The notes under the pieces were generated by a model, which was given only the letters and a program-made list of their open reading frames with translations, was not told the DNA's origin and ran no database searches. This document shows, piece by piece, positions 1-5,211 of a stretch of DNA of 11,479 nucleotides. The translations under genes were made by a program, and so were the position numbers. This stretch comes from Candidatus Iainarchaeum sp. Its GTDB lineage: Archaea; Iainarchaeota; Iainarchaeia; Iainarchaeales; CSSED10-239. Within the stretch, counting starts at the first letter, position 1, and each line of letters begins with the position of its first letter. The stretch spans positions 1 through 11,479 of the forward strand of contig PWLL01000004.1 in assembly GCA_003559395.1 (NCBI GenBank), given 5' to 3'.

Positions 1-6
1 TATAAT
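1..6 (+). promoter_or_regulatory. Probable -10 hexamer of a promoter cut by the window edge
   Basis: The window opens with TATAATGTAATTACAAAAATAAAAGAAAGGAGAAAA..ATG. This is the same -10/leader/RBS layout as the complete promoter and leader at 996-1053. The -35 would lie outside the window. Confidence 0.4.
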
Positions 7-41
7 GTAATTACAAAAATAAAAGAAAGGAGAAAATAAAA

Positions 42-866
42 ATGAATAAAGATTATTTCGGAATAGTTGACTGCGAAACTTGCACTATCCCTGAATTGAA
101 AAAACATAGTGATAATGCGGGACTGAATTTTCCTTTAATCTATGATGTAGCAATACAAATACAAGATAAAGAGGGAAAAATTTTTCATAGGCAACAATGG
201 ATAATATCTGAAACATTTAGCAGGGAATATTTTAATACTGCGTATTATGTAGAAAAAAGACCATTTTATGTAAAACTTGTAAAAGAAAACCCAGAAATTT
301 TAGTTACTTGGGAGCAAGCAAAGATAAAAATGCTCGAGATAATGGAGAAATATAATATAATCGCCTGTGCATACAATGCCTTTTTTGACTTCAAAAAAGC
401 CTTTCATAGTACAAATAGATTTGTTAATGCTTTGTATGGTCTTAACAATAGTGAAACGCTGAACAAATTAATAAAAAATGTTTTGTATTATCAAAAAAAT
501 CAAAAAAAACTTGCTAAAAAATACAAAAACCCCAACAGTCAAAGATTTTGGCTTATTGATAGGTACTTCCCTATAATTGACATCTGGAACTTTGCCTGTC
601 AAACAGTTTTCCAAACAGTAGAGTATAAAGAAATGGCTGTTAAAAATGGCTGGTATAGTCCTGCTGGAAACTATACTACAAATGCAGAAGTGGCTTATCG
701 TTTTATTACAAATAATGTAAATTTTATCGAAAAACACACCGCATTAGAAGATGTAATCATTGAAGGTGAAATATTAAAATACATCTTTGATAACTACAAA
801 GTAAAAACTCCATATGGAATAGAGGGTTTTCCATGGAGGAAGGTTGGAAAAGTACCTAAAAAGTAA
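42..866 (+). CDS. DEDDh-type 3'-5' exonuclease (DnaQ/RNase T-like fold)
   Basis: 274-aa ORF with an AGGAG RBS about 9 nt upstream. Exo I is GIVDCET (D10, E12), Exo II is YNAFFDF, and Exo III is HTALEDV (H-x4-D). Confidence 0.75.
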   Translation: MNKDYFGIVDCETCTIPELKKHSDNAGLNFPLIYDVAIQIQDKEGKIFHRQQWIISETFSREYFNTAYYVEKRPFYVKLVKENPEILVTWEQAKIKMLEIMEKYNIIACAYNAFFDFKKAFHSTNRFVNALYGLNNSETLNKLIKNVLYYQKNQKKLAKKYKNPNSQRFWLIDRYFPIIDIWNFACQTVFQTVEYKEMAVKNGWYSPAGNYTTNAEVAYRFITNNVNFIEKHTALEDVIIEGEILKYIFDNYKVKTPYGIEGFPWRKVGKVPKK

Positions 867-870
867 AAAA

Positions 871-893
871 AGGCGAGAAATCGTCTTTTAATA
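871..893 (+). terminator. Weak intrinsic terminator
   Basis: AGGCGA-GAAA-TCGTCT hairpin (one G:U pair) followed by TTTTAATAA, directly after the stop codon of 42-866. Confidence 0.4.
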
Positions 894-895
894 AT

Positions 896-907
896 TTACC
901 CAACTAA
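896..907 (-). repeat. TTAGTTGGGTAA 12-mer, the only inverted copy
   Basis: The + strand reads TTACCCAACTAA, the exact reverse complement of the 12-mer found 13 times in + orientation. Confidence 0.9.
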
Positions 908-995
908 TTATTGGTAAGATAAAACAAGAGAAATGAAAGTTCAAATGGATTTAATTAGGTAATTATATTAATAAAATTAGTTAAGTGACTTATCA

Positions 996-1024
996 TTGAC
1001 AAAAATTTTATTTTATGGTATAAT
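996..1024 (+). promoter_or_regulatory. Consensus sigma70-type promoter with extended -10
   Basis: TTGACA (996-1001), a 17-nt spacer ending in TGG, then TATAAT (1019-1024). Confidence 0.8.
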
Positions 1025-1053
1025 GCAATTACAATAAAGAAAGGAGAAAAACC

Positions 1054-1227
1054 ATGAAAAAAAAGTATGTACTATGGACAGTTGCAGCAGGCAACGGATT
1101 TAAGTATGAGGTTACACTCTACGAGGGAGAAAAAGAAGGTATACCATCCTATAAAACTCTAAAAACATTCAATACAAAGAAAGAAGCAAAATCTTTCCTT
1201 AAAGAAAAAAGAAAGGGAATTAAATAG
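1054..1227 (+). CDS. Small hypothetical protein (57 aa), missing from the ORF track
   Basis: Translation is MKKKYVLWTVAAGNGFKYEVTLYEGEKEGIPSYKTLKTFNTKKEAKSFLKEKRKGIK. It has an AAAGGAGAAAAACC-ATG RBS, its own consensus promoter upstream and a terminator overlapping the stop codon. Confidence 0.7.
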   Translation: MKKKYVLWTVAAGNGFKYEVTLYEGEKEGIPSYKTLKTFNTKKEAKSFLKEKRKGIK

Positions 1228-1250
1228 GGCGAGAAGCCCTTTTATTTTTT
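1226..1250 (+). terminator. Intrinsic terminator
   Basis: AGGGC-GAGAA-GCCCT hairpin followed by TTTATTTTTT. Confidence 0.55.
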
Positions 1251-1261
1251 TAGTTGGGTAA
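1250..1261 (+). repeat. TTAGTTGGGTAA 12-mer copy
   Basis: Exact 12-mer. Confidence 0.9.
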
Positions 1262-1282
1262 TTTATTCTCTTTTGTTAAAAT

Positions 1283-1294
1283 TTAGTTGGGTAA
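1283..1294 (+). repeat. TTAGTTGGGTAA 12-mer copy
   Basis: Exact 12-mer. Confidence 0.9.
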
Positions 1295-1339
1295 ACCGCA
1301 ATTACAAATGTAGGTTATACTTAAATCACAAGCTACAAT

Positions 1340-1467
1340 TTTAGTTGGGTAAAAAAAATTTAGTTGGGTAAAAAAAATTTAGTTGGGTAAAAAAAAATTT
1401 AGTTGGGTAAAAAAATTTAGTTGGGTAAAAGAAAATTTAGTTGGGTAAAAAAAATTTAGTTGGGTAA
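1340..1467 (+). repeat. Iteron-like tandem array: 7 copies of TTTAGTTGGGTAA plus an A7-9 tract
   Basis: 12-mer cores start at 1341, 1360, 1379, 1399, 1417, 1437 and 1456, giving spacings of 19, 19, 20, 18, 20 and 19 bp. Each core is followed by an A-tract. The array ends 8 bp before the -35 at 1475. Confidence 0.9.
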
Positions 1468-1474
1468 CTAATGA

Positions 1475-1503
1475 TTGACAAAACCCTTATTTTATAATAT
1501 AAT
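1475..1503 (+). promoter_or_regulatory. Consensus sigma70-type promoter
   Basis: TTGACA (1475-1480), a 17-nt spacer, then TATAAT (1498-1503). A second overlapping TATAAT at 1493-1498 has only a 12-nt spacer. Confidence 0.7.
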
Positions 1504-1532
1504 ATATATATAAAGCAAGAAAGGAGGTATAT

Positions 1533-1880
1533 ATGAATATAAATTATAATTGCCCTGTACCTGTCATCAACAACAAAAAAAAGTATGTTTTATATAATAT
1601 ATATATAGGCTCTAAAAAGTTGAATTATATAAAAATAGGCACTACTAATAACCCTGAAAGGCGGTTCAAAGAGATTTCAAAATATTATGATAGCGATATC
1701 ATAGTGAACTGGATTTCTCCCCCTATGACTAAATACTCCGCTCTTCGTTTCGAGGACAGGTTCAAAGAAGAGAAAAAAAGCAAAGGCTGGTTGTTTGTTC
1801 CAAATGACAAATTCATTAAACCAGTAAGGGTAAAGGAGGAAAAAATAAAAATCAGAAAAGAATATGAGTTCTCTTATTGA
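1533..1880 (+). CDS. T5orf172 / GIY-YIG-superfamily-like domain protein
   Basis: 115-aa ORF with a strong AAAGGAGG RBS. The pattern KYVLYNIYIG..YIKIGTTNNPERRFKEI..RFEDRFKE resembles the GIY / (Y/K)IG / R / E pattern of GIY-YIG and T5orf172 domains. The assignment comes from motif recall only. Confidence 0.5.
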   Translation: MNINYNCPVPVINNKKKYVLYNIYIGSKKLNYIKIGTTNNPERRFKEISKYYDSDIIVNWISPPMTKYSALRFEDRFKEEKKSKGWLFVPNDKFIKPVRVKEEKIKIRKEYEFSY

Positions 1881-1896
1881 GGACTCTATTTTTTAT

Positions 1897-1908
1897 TTAG
1901 TTGGGTAA
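1897..1908 (+). repeat. TTAGTTGGGTAA 12-mer copy
   Basis: Exact 12-mer, followed by AATCTTTTTTTAGTCAA. Confidence 0.9.
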
Positions 1909-1978
1909 ATCTTTTTTTAGTCAATTTTTTCAGTAATTATCCGCAACTTTTCTACTTTTGTAGACATTTAGTAAAATT

Positions 1979-1990
1979 TTAGTTGGGTAA
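1979..1990 (+). repeat. TTAGTTGGGTAA 12-mer copy (extended form)
   Basis: Exact 12-mer within AATTTTAGTTGGGTAAATTTTTTTTTAATTAAC. This is almost the same 32-mer as at 2562-2595. Confidence 0.9.
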
Positions 1991-2006
1991 ATTTTTTTTT
2001 AATTAA

Positions 2007-2031
2007 CTACAATTACAAATTATAATTGTAG
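2007..2031. repeat. 9-bp inverted repeat
   Basis: CTACAATTA-caaatta-TAATTGTAG. The CAATTACAA-type motif recurs in leaders and intergenic DNA (near 10, 1026, 1300, 4015 and 10808). A (CA)n run follows at 2033-2046. Confidence 0.6.
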
Positions 2032-2073
2032 TCCACACACACACAAACTTAATTAGTTATATAGTTAAGCTAG

Positions 2074-2095
2074 AAAGTGCGGGCAGCCGCACTTT
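2074..2095. terminator. GC-rich hairpin downstream of the minus-strand gene 2109-2411
   Basis: AAAGTGCGG-GCAG-CCGCACTTT is a 9-bp stem, flanked on both sides by the direct repeat AAGCTAG. The T-tail is poor in both directions. Confidence 0.4.
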
Positions 2096-2108
2096 AAGCT
2101 AGAGGCCT

Positions 2109-2411
2109 TTACAATCCATAAGTCCAATCAACACTTACAGTGAGCACGCCCATTTTATCACGAAAAGCACCATTTTTTGCGATTCGGCTTTTTACCACAT
2201 ACCCCTCATCTCTTAATACACCTAGACCTACAATTATCACTCTTGGATCCCACATAGTTAAGTTAAATTTAAGGACTGTGTTATAATTCCCTTTTTTTGC
2301 CTCTTGTTTTATTTCTGAATAACATACTTTCAAAAATTCATCATATTCGGGTTTTTTAAGATGAACCTCATTTGCCGTTATACAAGCATCCTGTGCATAA
2401 AATTTATCCAT
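2109..2411 (-). CDS. Hypothetical protein (100 aa)
   Basis: ORF with an AAAGGAGA RBS 7 nt upstream (reverse complement of 2412-2428) and its own consensus promoter. Confidence 0.7.
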   Translation of the reverse strand: MDKFYAQDACITANEVHLKKPEYDEFLKVCYSEIKQEAKKGNYNTVLKFNLTMWDPRVIIVGLGVLRDEGYVVKSRIAKNGAFRDKMGVLTVSVDWTYGL

Positions 2412-2443
2412 TTATTATCTCCTTTTTTATTTATTATACTATA

Positions 2444-2472
2444 ATTATATCATAGTTGAACTATTTTGTCAA
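2444..2472 (-). promoter_or_regulatory. Consensus sigma70-type promoter (minus strand)
   Basis: The reverse complement reads TTGACA (2472-2467), a 17-nt spacer ending in TGA, then TATAAT (2449-2444). Confidence 0.8.
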
Positions 2473-2530
2473 GCGTTTGTTTTATATAAACTTAATGTAA
2501 TTAATAGTTTAATCACCTAATGAAGTTTGA

Positions 2531-2567
2531 AATTCGCCTAAAAAGTAAAAAAGTTAGGCGAATTTTT
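2531..2567 (+). terminator. Terminator-like hairpin
   Basis: AATTCGCCTA / TAGGCGAATT is a 10-bp stem with a 14-nt A-rich loop, followed by TTT. No + strand gene lies immediately upstream, so its role is uncertain. Confidence 0.4.
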
Positions 2568-2577
2568 AGTTGGGTAA
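2566..2577 (+). repeat. TTAGTTGGGTAA 12-mer copy (extended form)
   Basis: Exact 12-mer within AATTTTTAGTTGGGTAAATTTTTTTTTAGTTAAC. Confidence 0.9.
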
Positions 2578-2740
2578 ATTTTTTTTTAGTTAACCTTTAA
2601 CCATAATTACCATCCAATGACTATAATTTACACTAATAATCAAATAAGCAGCTACAAATTACACCAATGGTCATATCAGCAACCACAGTTGGCATTAACC
2701 ACCAGCTACAAACATCCTTAAAAATTCATAATCTGTTTAC

Positions 2741-2769
2741 TTGACTTTGAGCTAAAACTATAGTATAAT
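2741..2769 (+). promoter_or_regulatory. Tandem promoter 1 of 3
   Basis: TTGACT (2741-2746), a 17-nt spacer, then TATAAT (2764-2769), followed by ATATATATA. Confidence 0.75.
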
Positions 2770-2827
2770 ATATATATAAGATAAAGAAAAGGAAAAAATT
2801 AAATTAATTCGTTCACAAAAAATTCAC

Positions 2828-2856
2828 TTGATTTTTTCCGAAATGTATGGTATAAT
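2828..2856 (+). promoter_or_regulatory. Tandem promoter 2 of 3
   Basis: TTGATT (2828-2833), a 17-nt spacer ending in TGG, then TATAAT (2851-2856). Confidence 0.7.
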
Positions 2857-2912
2857 ATATATATATAAGATAAAGGAAAGAAAAAAAAATAAAAAAGATA
2901 AAAACAAAATGC

Positions 2913-2941
2913 TTGACTTTCATCGAACCGTATGTTATAAT
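2913..2941 (+). promoter_or_regulatory. Tandem promoter 3 of 3
   Basis: TTGACT (2913-2918), a 17-nt spacer ending in TGT, then TATAAT (2936-2941). Confidence 0.8.
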
Positions 2942-2993
2942 ATAAGTATAATAAGAATTGAAAAGTAGTTAAGACACAGAAAGGGGTCAAATC

Positions 2994-3278
2994 ATGGCTA
3001 TGAAAGAAATGGACAGGAAAAATGCTGTTAGGGAGGAAGCTCTCAAGGAAATCAATCTGGAAGGTTACACTCAGGTAGCAACCGCATCTTTTATCAAGGA
3101 AGTTGAGAATGGTTTCGTAGAGGTTAAAGTAATTGCAAAAAACGCTACCTTCGGTGAAGCTGAACTCGCAGAAGCAGTTGAAAACTACAACTTCGAGCTT
3201 GAGGAAAGGGCAAAAAGAGAAGCCAAAGCTGAGGCTAAAAGGAAAGAAAAAGCCGAAAAAGCAAAGTCTAAAGAATAA
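2994..3278 (+). CDS. Hypothetical protein (94 aa) with an acidic core and a Lys/Glu/Ala-rich tail
   Basis: ORF with an AAAGGGG RBS. The C-terminus is RAKREAKAEAKRKEKAEKAKSKE. It sits behind three stacked promoters and upstream of the ncRNA and tRNA genes, with no terminator in between. Confidence 0.7.
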   Translation: MAMKEMDRKNAVREEALKEINLEGYTQVATASFIKEVENGFVEVKVIAKNATFGEAELAEAVENYNFELEERAKREAKAEAKRKEKAEKAKSKE

Positions 3279-3280
3279 TC

Positions 3281-3311
3281 TCCTAACCTGAGCAAGTTAT
3301 AAAACTGCTCC
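3281..3311 (+). repeat. Hairpin-motif copy (stem GAGCA/TGCTC, loop AGTTATAAAAC)
   Basis: TCCTAACCTGAGCAAGTTATAAAACTGCTC. It belongs to the family found at 7001-7233. Confidence 0.7.
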
Positions 3312-3690
3312 CTTATGAGGGCACGTGTATAAATATCCCTCAATACTCGAAAAAAGGTTTATAGTAGAGACGGAGATTCCAAACCAGAAACCTTTGAGCC
3401 TTAATCCTAGGATAGTAACGTATAGCGGTCCCGCTGGGAAATCCGATAAAGTTACTCCAATAATGGAAGGCGACAGTCCACGAGGTAATTCTCCAGAAGC
3501 ACTGTTAGGGAAACTCACCAGACGCAGCAGTCTGAGCAAAAAAATGCTAAACCAATGGTAAATTGGGGTTGCGTCCCCACGGATAGCATAAGTCCATTCA
3601 CTGCAGAGATAAAGTTATGTAAAGTCACGGATGAGCCGTGCCATTGGTAGTTATTCATTGGTAGGCATACCGAATGACTAAATGTAGCCC
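3311..3690 (+). ncRNA. Candidate structured ncRNA I (about 380 nt, class unknown)
   Basis: The region is GC-enriched relative to its flanks. It carries overlapping ORFs on both strands that lack an RBS. Local helices are dense: TGAGGG/CCCTCA (3316/3337), AAAGGTTT/AAACCTTT (3353/3387), AGTAAC/GTTACT (3414/3451) enclosing TCCC-GCT-GGGA, CAGAC/GTCTG (3519/3530), CCAAT/ATTGG (3552/3562) and CACGG/CCGTG (3626/3636). A hairpin-motif copy lies on each side, and the region is co-oriented with the downstream tRNAs. Confidence 0.55.
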
Positions 3691-3716
3691 GACCCGAGCA
3701 AGTCGTTAAACTGCTT
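3690..3716 (+). repeat. Hairpin-motif copy (stem GAGCA/TGCTT, loop AGTCGTTAAAC)
   Basis: CGACCCGAGCAAGTCGTTAAACTGCTT. Confidence 0.7.
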
Positions 3717-3730
3717 TCTTCAAAAAAAAC

Positions 3731-3808
3731 GGGGGTGTAGTTTAAGTGGGAAAGCATCTGTTTTGCAAGCAGAAGAAGTGAAGAGTTCGAATCTCTCCAC
3801 CTCCACCA
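3731..3808 (+). tRNA. tRNA-Ala (anticodon TGC)
   Basis: The acceptor stem GGGGGTG/CACCTCC has G3:U70. The anticodon loop is TTTGCAA and the T-loop is TTCGAAT. A73 and CCA are encoded. The hand fold gives a slightly long variable region. Confidence 0.8.
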
Positions 3809-3814
3809 TTACAA

Positions 3815-3887
3815 GGCAGAGAGAATCGGTATTCAAGTAAGGTTCATACCCTTGCCTTCGTAGGTTCGACTCCTACCTCTGCAACCA
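3815..3887 (+). tRNA. Atypical tRNA-like gene, anticodon CAT
   Basis: The T-arm GTAGG-TTCGACT-CCTAC is canonical and the anticodon loop is TTCATAC. The D-arm is GAAT-CGGT-ATTC, with only a 4-nt loop and no GG. There are 2-3 nt between the D and anticodon stems, and pair 1:72 is a G/A mismatch. CCA is encoded. Confidence 0.5.
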
Positions 3888-3894
3888 GCCCACA

Positions 3895-3937
3895 TCCTAA
3901 CGCTTGGCGAGCTGATGGTACTGGTTAAACAGTTAGG
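3895..3937 (+). repeat. Hairpin-motif variant with an insertion in the loop
   Basis: TCCTAAC-gcttggcgagctgatggtactggt-TAAAC-AGTTAGG. The outer stem CCTAAC/GTTAGG is retained. Confidence 0.55.
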
Positions 3938-3980
3938 GTTCAAAAAAAAGCCAAAATTGTCCTCAAAAGGGGCGTAAAAT

Positions 3981-4009
3981 GGAGTTACATTCGTAACTTC
4001 ATTTTTTTA
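3981..4009 (+). terminator. Intrinsic terminator of the 2741-3890 transcription unit
   Basis: GGAGTTAC-ATTC-GTAACTTC is an 8-bp stem followed by ATTTTTTTA. Confidence 0.75.
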
Positions 4010-4125
4010 TGCCGCGACTACAAATATAAATTATAATTCTACAATATAGACCTAACAAGTCCACTCGCCGCACTATAATTAAGTCAAACTAAAAACTTAG
4101 AGCTAGAAACTTGATATATTAACCC

Positions 4126-4154
4126 TTGACTTTCATTTCCAATTATGTTATACT
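4126..4154 (+). promoter_or_regulatory. Promoter of tRNA block 2
   Basis: TTGACT (4126-4131), a 17-nt spacer ending in TGT, then TATACT (4149-4154). Confidence 0.75.
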
Positions 4155-4222
4155 ATATATAGAATAAAAAAAGATAGTGTTTTTTGTAAAGACTAAACAT
4201 TAATTTTTTACAAGAGGTATAT

Positions 4223-4298
4223 GGGGTTTTAGTTCAGAGGTTAGAGCATTTCTCTCATAAGGAAAAAGCCCAAGGTTCAAATCCTTGAAGCCCCACCA
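4223..4298 (+). tRNA. tRNA with anticodon CAT (Met or lysidine-Ile)
   Basis: Acceptor GGGGTTT/AAGCCCC, D-arm GTTC-AGAGGTTA-GAGC, anticodon loop CTCATAA, T-arm CAAGG-TTCAAAT-CCTTG, then A73 and CCA. Confidence 0.85.
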
Positions 4299-4301
4299 CG
4301 A

Positions 4302-4378
4302 TCCTCACTCGTCCAACTGGTAGGACACCGCACTTTTAATGCGGATTAGTATAGGTTCAAGTCCTATGTGAGGAACCA
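4302..4378 (+). tRNA. tRNA-Lys (TTT)
   Basis: Acceptor TCCTCAC/GTGAGGA, anticodon arm CCGCA-CTTTTAA-TGCGG, T-arm ATAGG-TTCAAGT-CCTAT, CCA encoded. Confidence 0.85.
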
Positions 4379-4388
4379 AAAAATATAA

Positions 4389-4462
4389 GGGTCTTTATTT
4401 CAACGGTAGAATTCTGGTCTCCAGAACCAGCGATTAAGGTTCAAATCCTTAAAGACCTGCCA
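4389..4462 (+). tRNA. tRNA-Trp (CCA)
   Basis: Acceptor GGGTCTT/AAGACCT (G1:U72), anticodon arm CTGGT-CTCCAGA-ACCAG, T-arm TAAGG-TTCAAAT-CCTTA, then G73 and CCA. Confidence 0.8.
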
Positions 4463-4466
4463 ACAT

Positions 4467-4542
4467 GTGGGTGTAGCTCAGCTGGGAGAGCATTTGTCTT
4501 ACAAACAAGAGGCCGGAAGTTCAATCCTTCCCACCCATACCA
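4467..4542 (+). tRNA. tRNA-Val (TAC)
   Basis: Acceptor GTGGGTG/CACCCAT, D-arm GCTC-AGCTGGGA-GAGC, anticodon loop CTTACAA, T-arm GGAAG-TTCAATC-CTTCC, CCA encoded. Confidence 0.85.
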
Positions 4543-4545
4543 TAT

Positions 4546-4620
4546 GGGAGAGTAGCTCAATGGTTGAGCCGTAAACTGTTAATTTACTCGATGCAAGTTC
4601 AAATCTTGTCTCTCCCTCCA
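4546..4620 (+). tRNA. tRNA-Asn (GTT)
   Basis: Acceptor GGGAGAG/CTCTCCC, anticodon arm GTAAA-CTGTTAA-TTTAC, T-loop TTCAAAT, CCA encoded. Confidence 0.85.
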
Positions 4621-4635
4621 ATATAAAATAAACGT

Positions 4636-4710
4636 CTTTTCGTGATGAAATGGATATCATAGGAAACTTCTAATTTCTCTTTCCCAGTTCGAATCTGGGC
4701 GGAAAGACCA
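4636..4710 (+). tRNA. tRNA-Arg (TCT)
   Basis: Acceptor CTTTTCG/CGGAAAG, D-arm ATGA-AATGGATA-TCAT, anticodon loop CTTCTAA, T-arm CCCAG-TTCGAAT-CTGGG, CCA encoded. Confidence 0.8.
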
Positions 4711-4729
4711 TTTTATTAAAATTTAACAT

Positions 4730-4806
4730 GGTGCAGTAGTTCAGATGGTTAGAATGCCAGCCTGTCACGCTGGAGGTCGAGGGTTCGAGACCCTTCTGCA
4801 TCGCCA
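4730..4806 (+). tRNA. tRNA-Asp (GTC)
   Basis: Acceptor GGTGCAG/CTGCATC, anticodon arm CCAGC-CTGTCAC-GCTGG, T-loop TTCGAGA, then G73 and CCA. Confidence 0.85.
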
Positions 4807-4809
4807 TAT

Positions 4810-4884
4810 GGATGGGTAGCTCAACAGGGAGAGCGCGAGGTTGAAGCCCTTGAGAAGATAGTTCGAGCCTGTCCTCATCCACCA
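4810..4884 (+). tRNA. tRNA-Phe (GAA)
   Basis: Acceptor GGATGGG/CTCATCC, D-arm GCTC-AACAGGGA-GAGC, anticodon loop TTGAAGC, T-arm GATAG-TTCGAGC-CTGTC, CCA encoded. Confidence 0.85.
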
Positions 4885-4960
4885 GATGTAGTTAGTTTAA
4901 CGGTAAAATGCTGGAATGTGACTCCAGAGATGCTGGGTTCGATTCCCGCACTACATACCA
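4885..4960 (+). tRNA. tRNA-His (GTG) with encoded G-1
   Basis: G-1 (4885) directly abuts the CCA of tRNA-Phe. Acceptor ATGTAGT/ACTACAT, anticodon arm CTGGA-ATGTGAC-TCCAG, T-loop TTCGATT. The discriminator is A rather than C. Confidence 0.8.
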
Positions 4961-4969
4961 AAATAATAT

Positions 4970-5047
4970 GTCTCGGTAATCGAATTGGTATAGATACAGA
5001 ACTTAAAATTCTGAAAGCTGAGGGTTCGACTCCCTCTCGAGGCACCA
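4970..5047 (+). tRNA. tRNA with Leu anticodon TAA but a short (class I-like) variable region
   Basis: Acceptor GTCTCGG/TCGAGGC, D-region ATCG-AATTGGTAT-AGAT, anticodon arm CAGAA-CTTAAAA-TTCTG, about 6-nt variable region AAAGCT, T-arm GAGGG-TTCGACT-CCCTC, then A73 and CCA. It is 75 nt before the CCA. Confidence 0.7.
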
Positions 5048-5050
5048 TAC

Positions 5051-5127
5051 GCTTCGGTAGCTAAACTGGCACAGCCACTCCCTTGTAAGGAGAAGATTTG
5101 TGAGTTCGACTCTCACCCGAAGCTCCA
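5051..5127 (+). tRNA. tRNA-Thr (TGT)
   Basis: Acceptor GCTTCGG/CCGAAGC, anticodon loop CTTGTAA, T-arm GTGAG-TTCGACT-CTCAC, CCA encoded. Confidence 0.8.
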
Positions 5128-5130
5128 TAT

Positions 5131-5208
5131 CTGGGTGTGGCTCAGTTAGGCTAGAGTGCTTGTTTTGGAAACAAGAAGTCGAAGGTTCAAATCCTTCTGC
5201 CCAGACCA
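5131..5208 (+). tRNA. tRNA-Pro (TGG)
   Basis: Acceptor CTGGGTG/TGCCCAG (C1:G72), anticodon arm CTTGT-TTTGGAA-ACAAG, T-arm GAAGG-TTCAAAT-CCTTC, then A73 and CCA. Confidence 0.85.
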
Positions 5209-5211
5209 TTT

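Noticed and set aside
468-737. 89-aa minus-strand ORF.
   Set aside because: It lies entirely antisense within the well-supported exonuclease CDS. Its composition is low-complexity and Phe/Ile-rich, and it has no RBS.
2799-2990. 63-aa minus-strand ORF.
   Set aside because: It spans the three stacked promoters and poly-A/T tracts. The low-complexity FFFF/YLYY peptide is an artefact of AT-rich DNA.
3311-3690. RNase P RNA, 6S RNA, SRP RNA or a tmRNA body for ncRNA I.
   Set aside because: The hallmark strings I can recall are absent. These include the GGAAAGUCC and ACAGAA boxes of RNase P RNA and a tag ORF ending in ..ALAA for tmRNA. The class is left unknown rather than forced.
3590-3716. Group I intron. 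AATGACTAAATGTAGCCCG resembles the P7/J7-3/P3 segment CAGACUAAAUGUCGGUC of the Tetrahymena intron, and AAGTCC lies upstream.
   Set aside because: Only about 16 nt separate the putative P7 5' strand from the only candidate P7 3' strand (AAGTC at 3700). That leaves no room for P3', P8 and J8/7. No interrupted exon, either tRNA or CDS, flanks the element. The resemblance is treated as chance, and the region is left as an unclassified ncRNA.
3297-3757. Three ORF-track entries (3297-3539 minus, 3325-3561 plus, 3515-3757 minus).
   Set aside because: They overlap one another on both strands, lack an RBS, and have odd composition. The last one runs into tRNA-Ala. They are better explained as open frames in a GC-enriched structured RNA.
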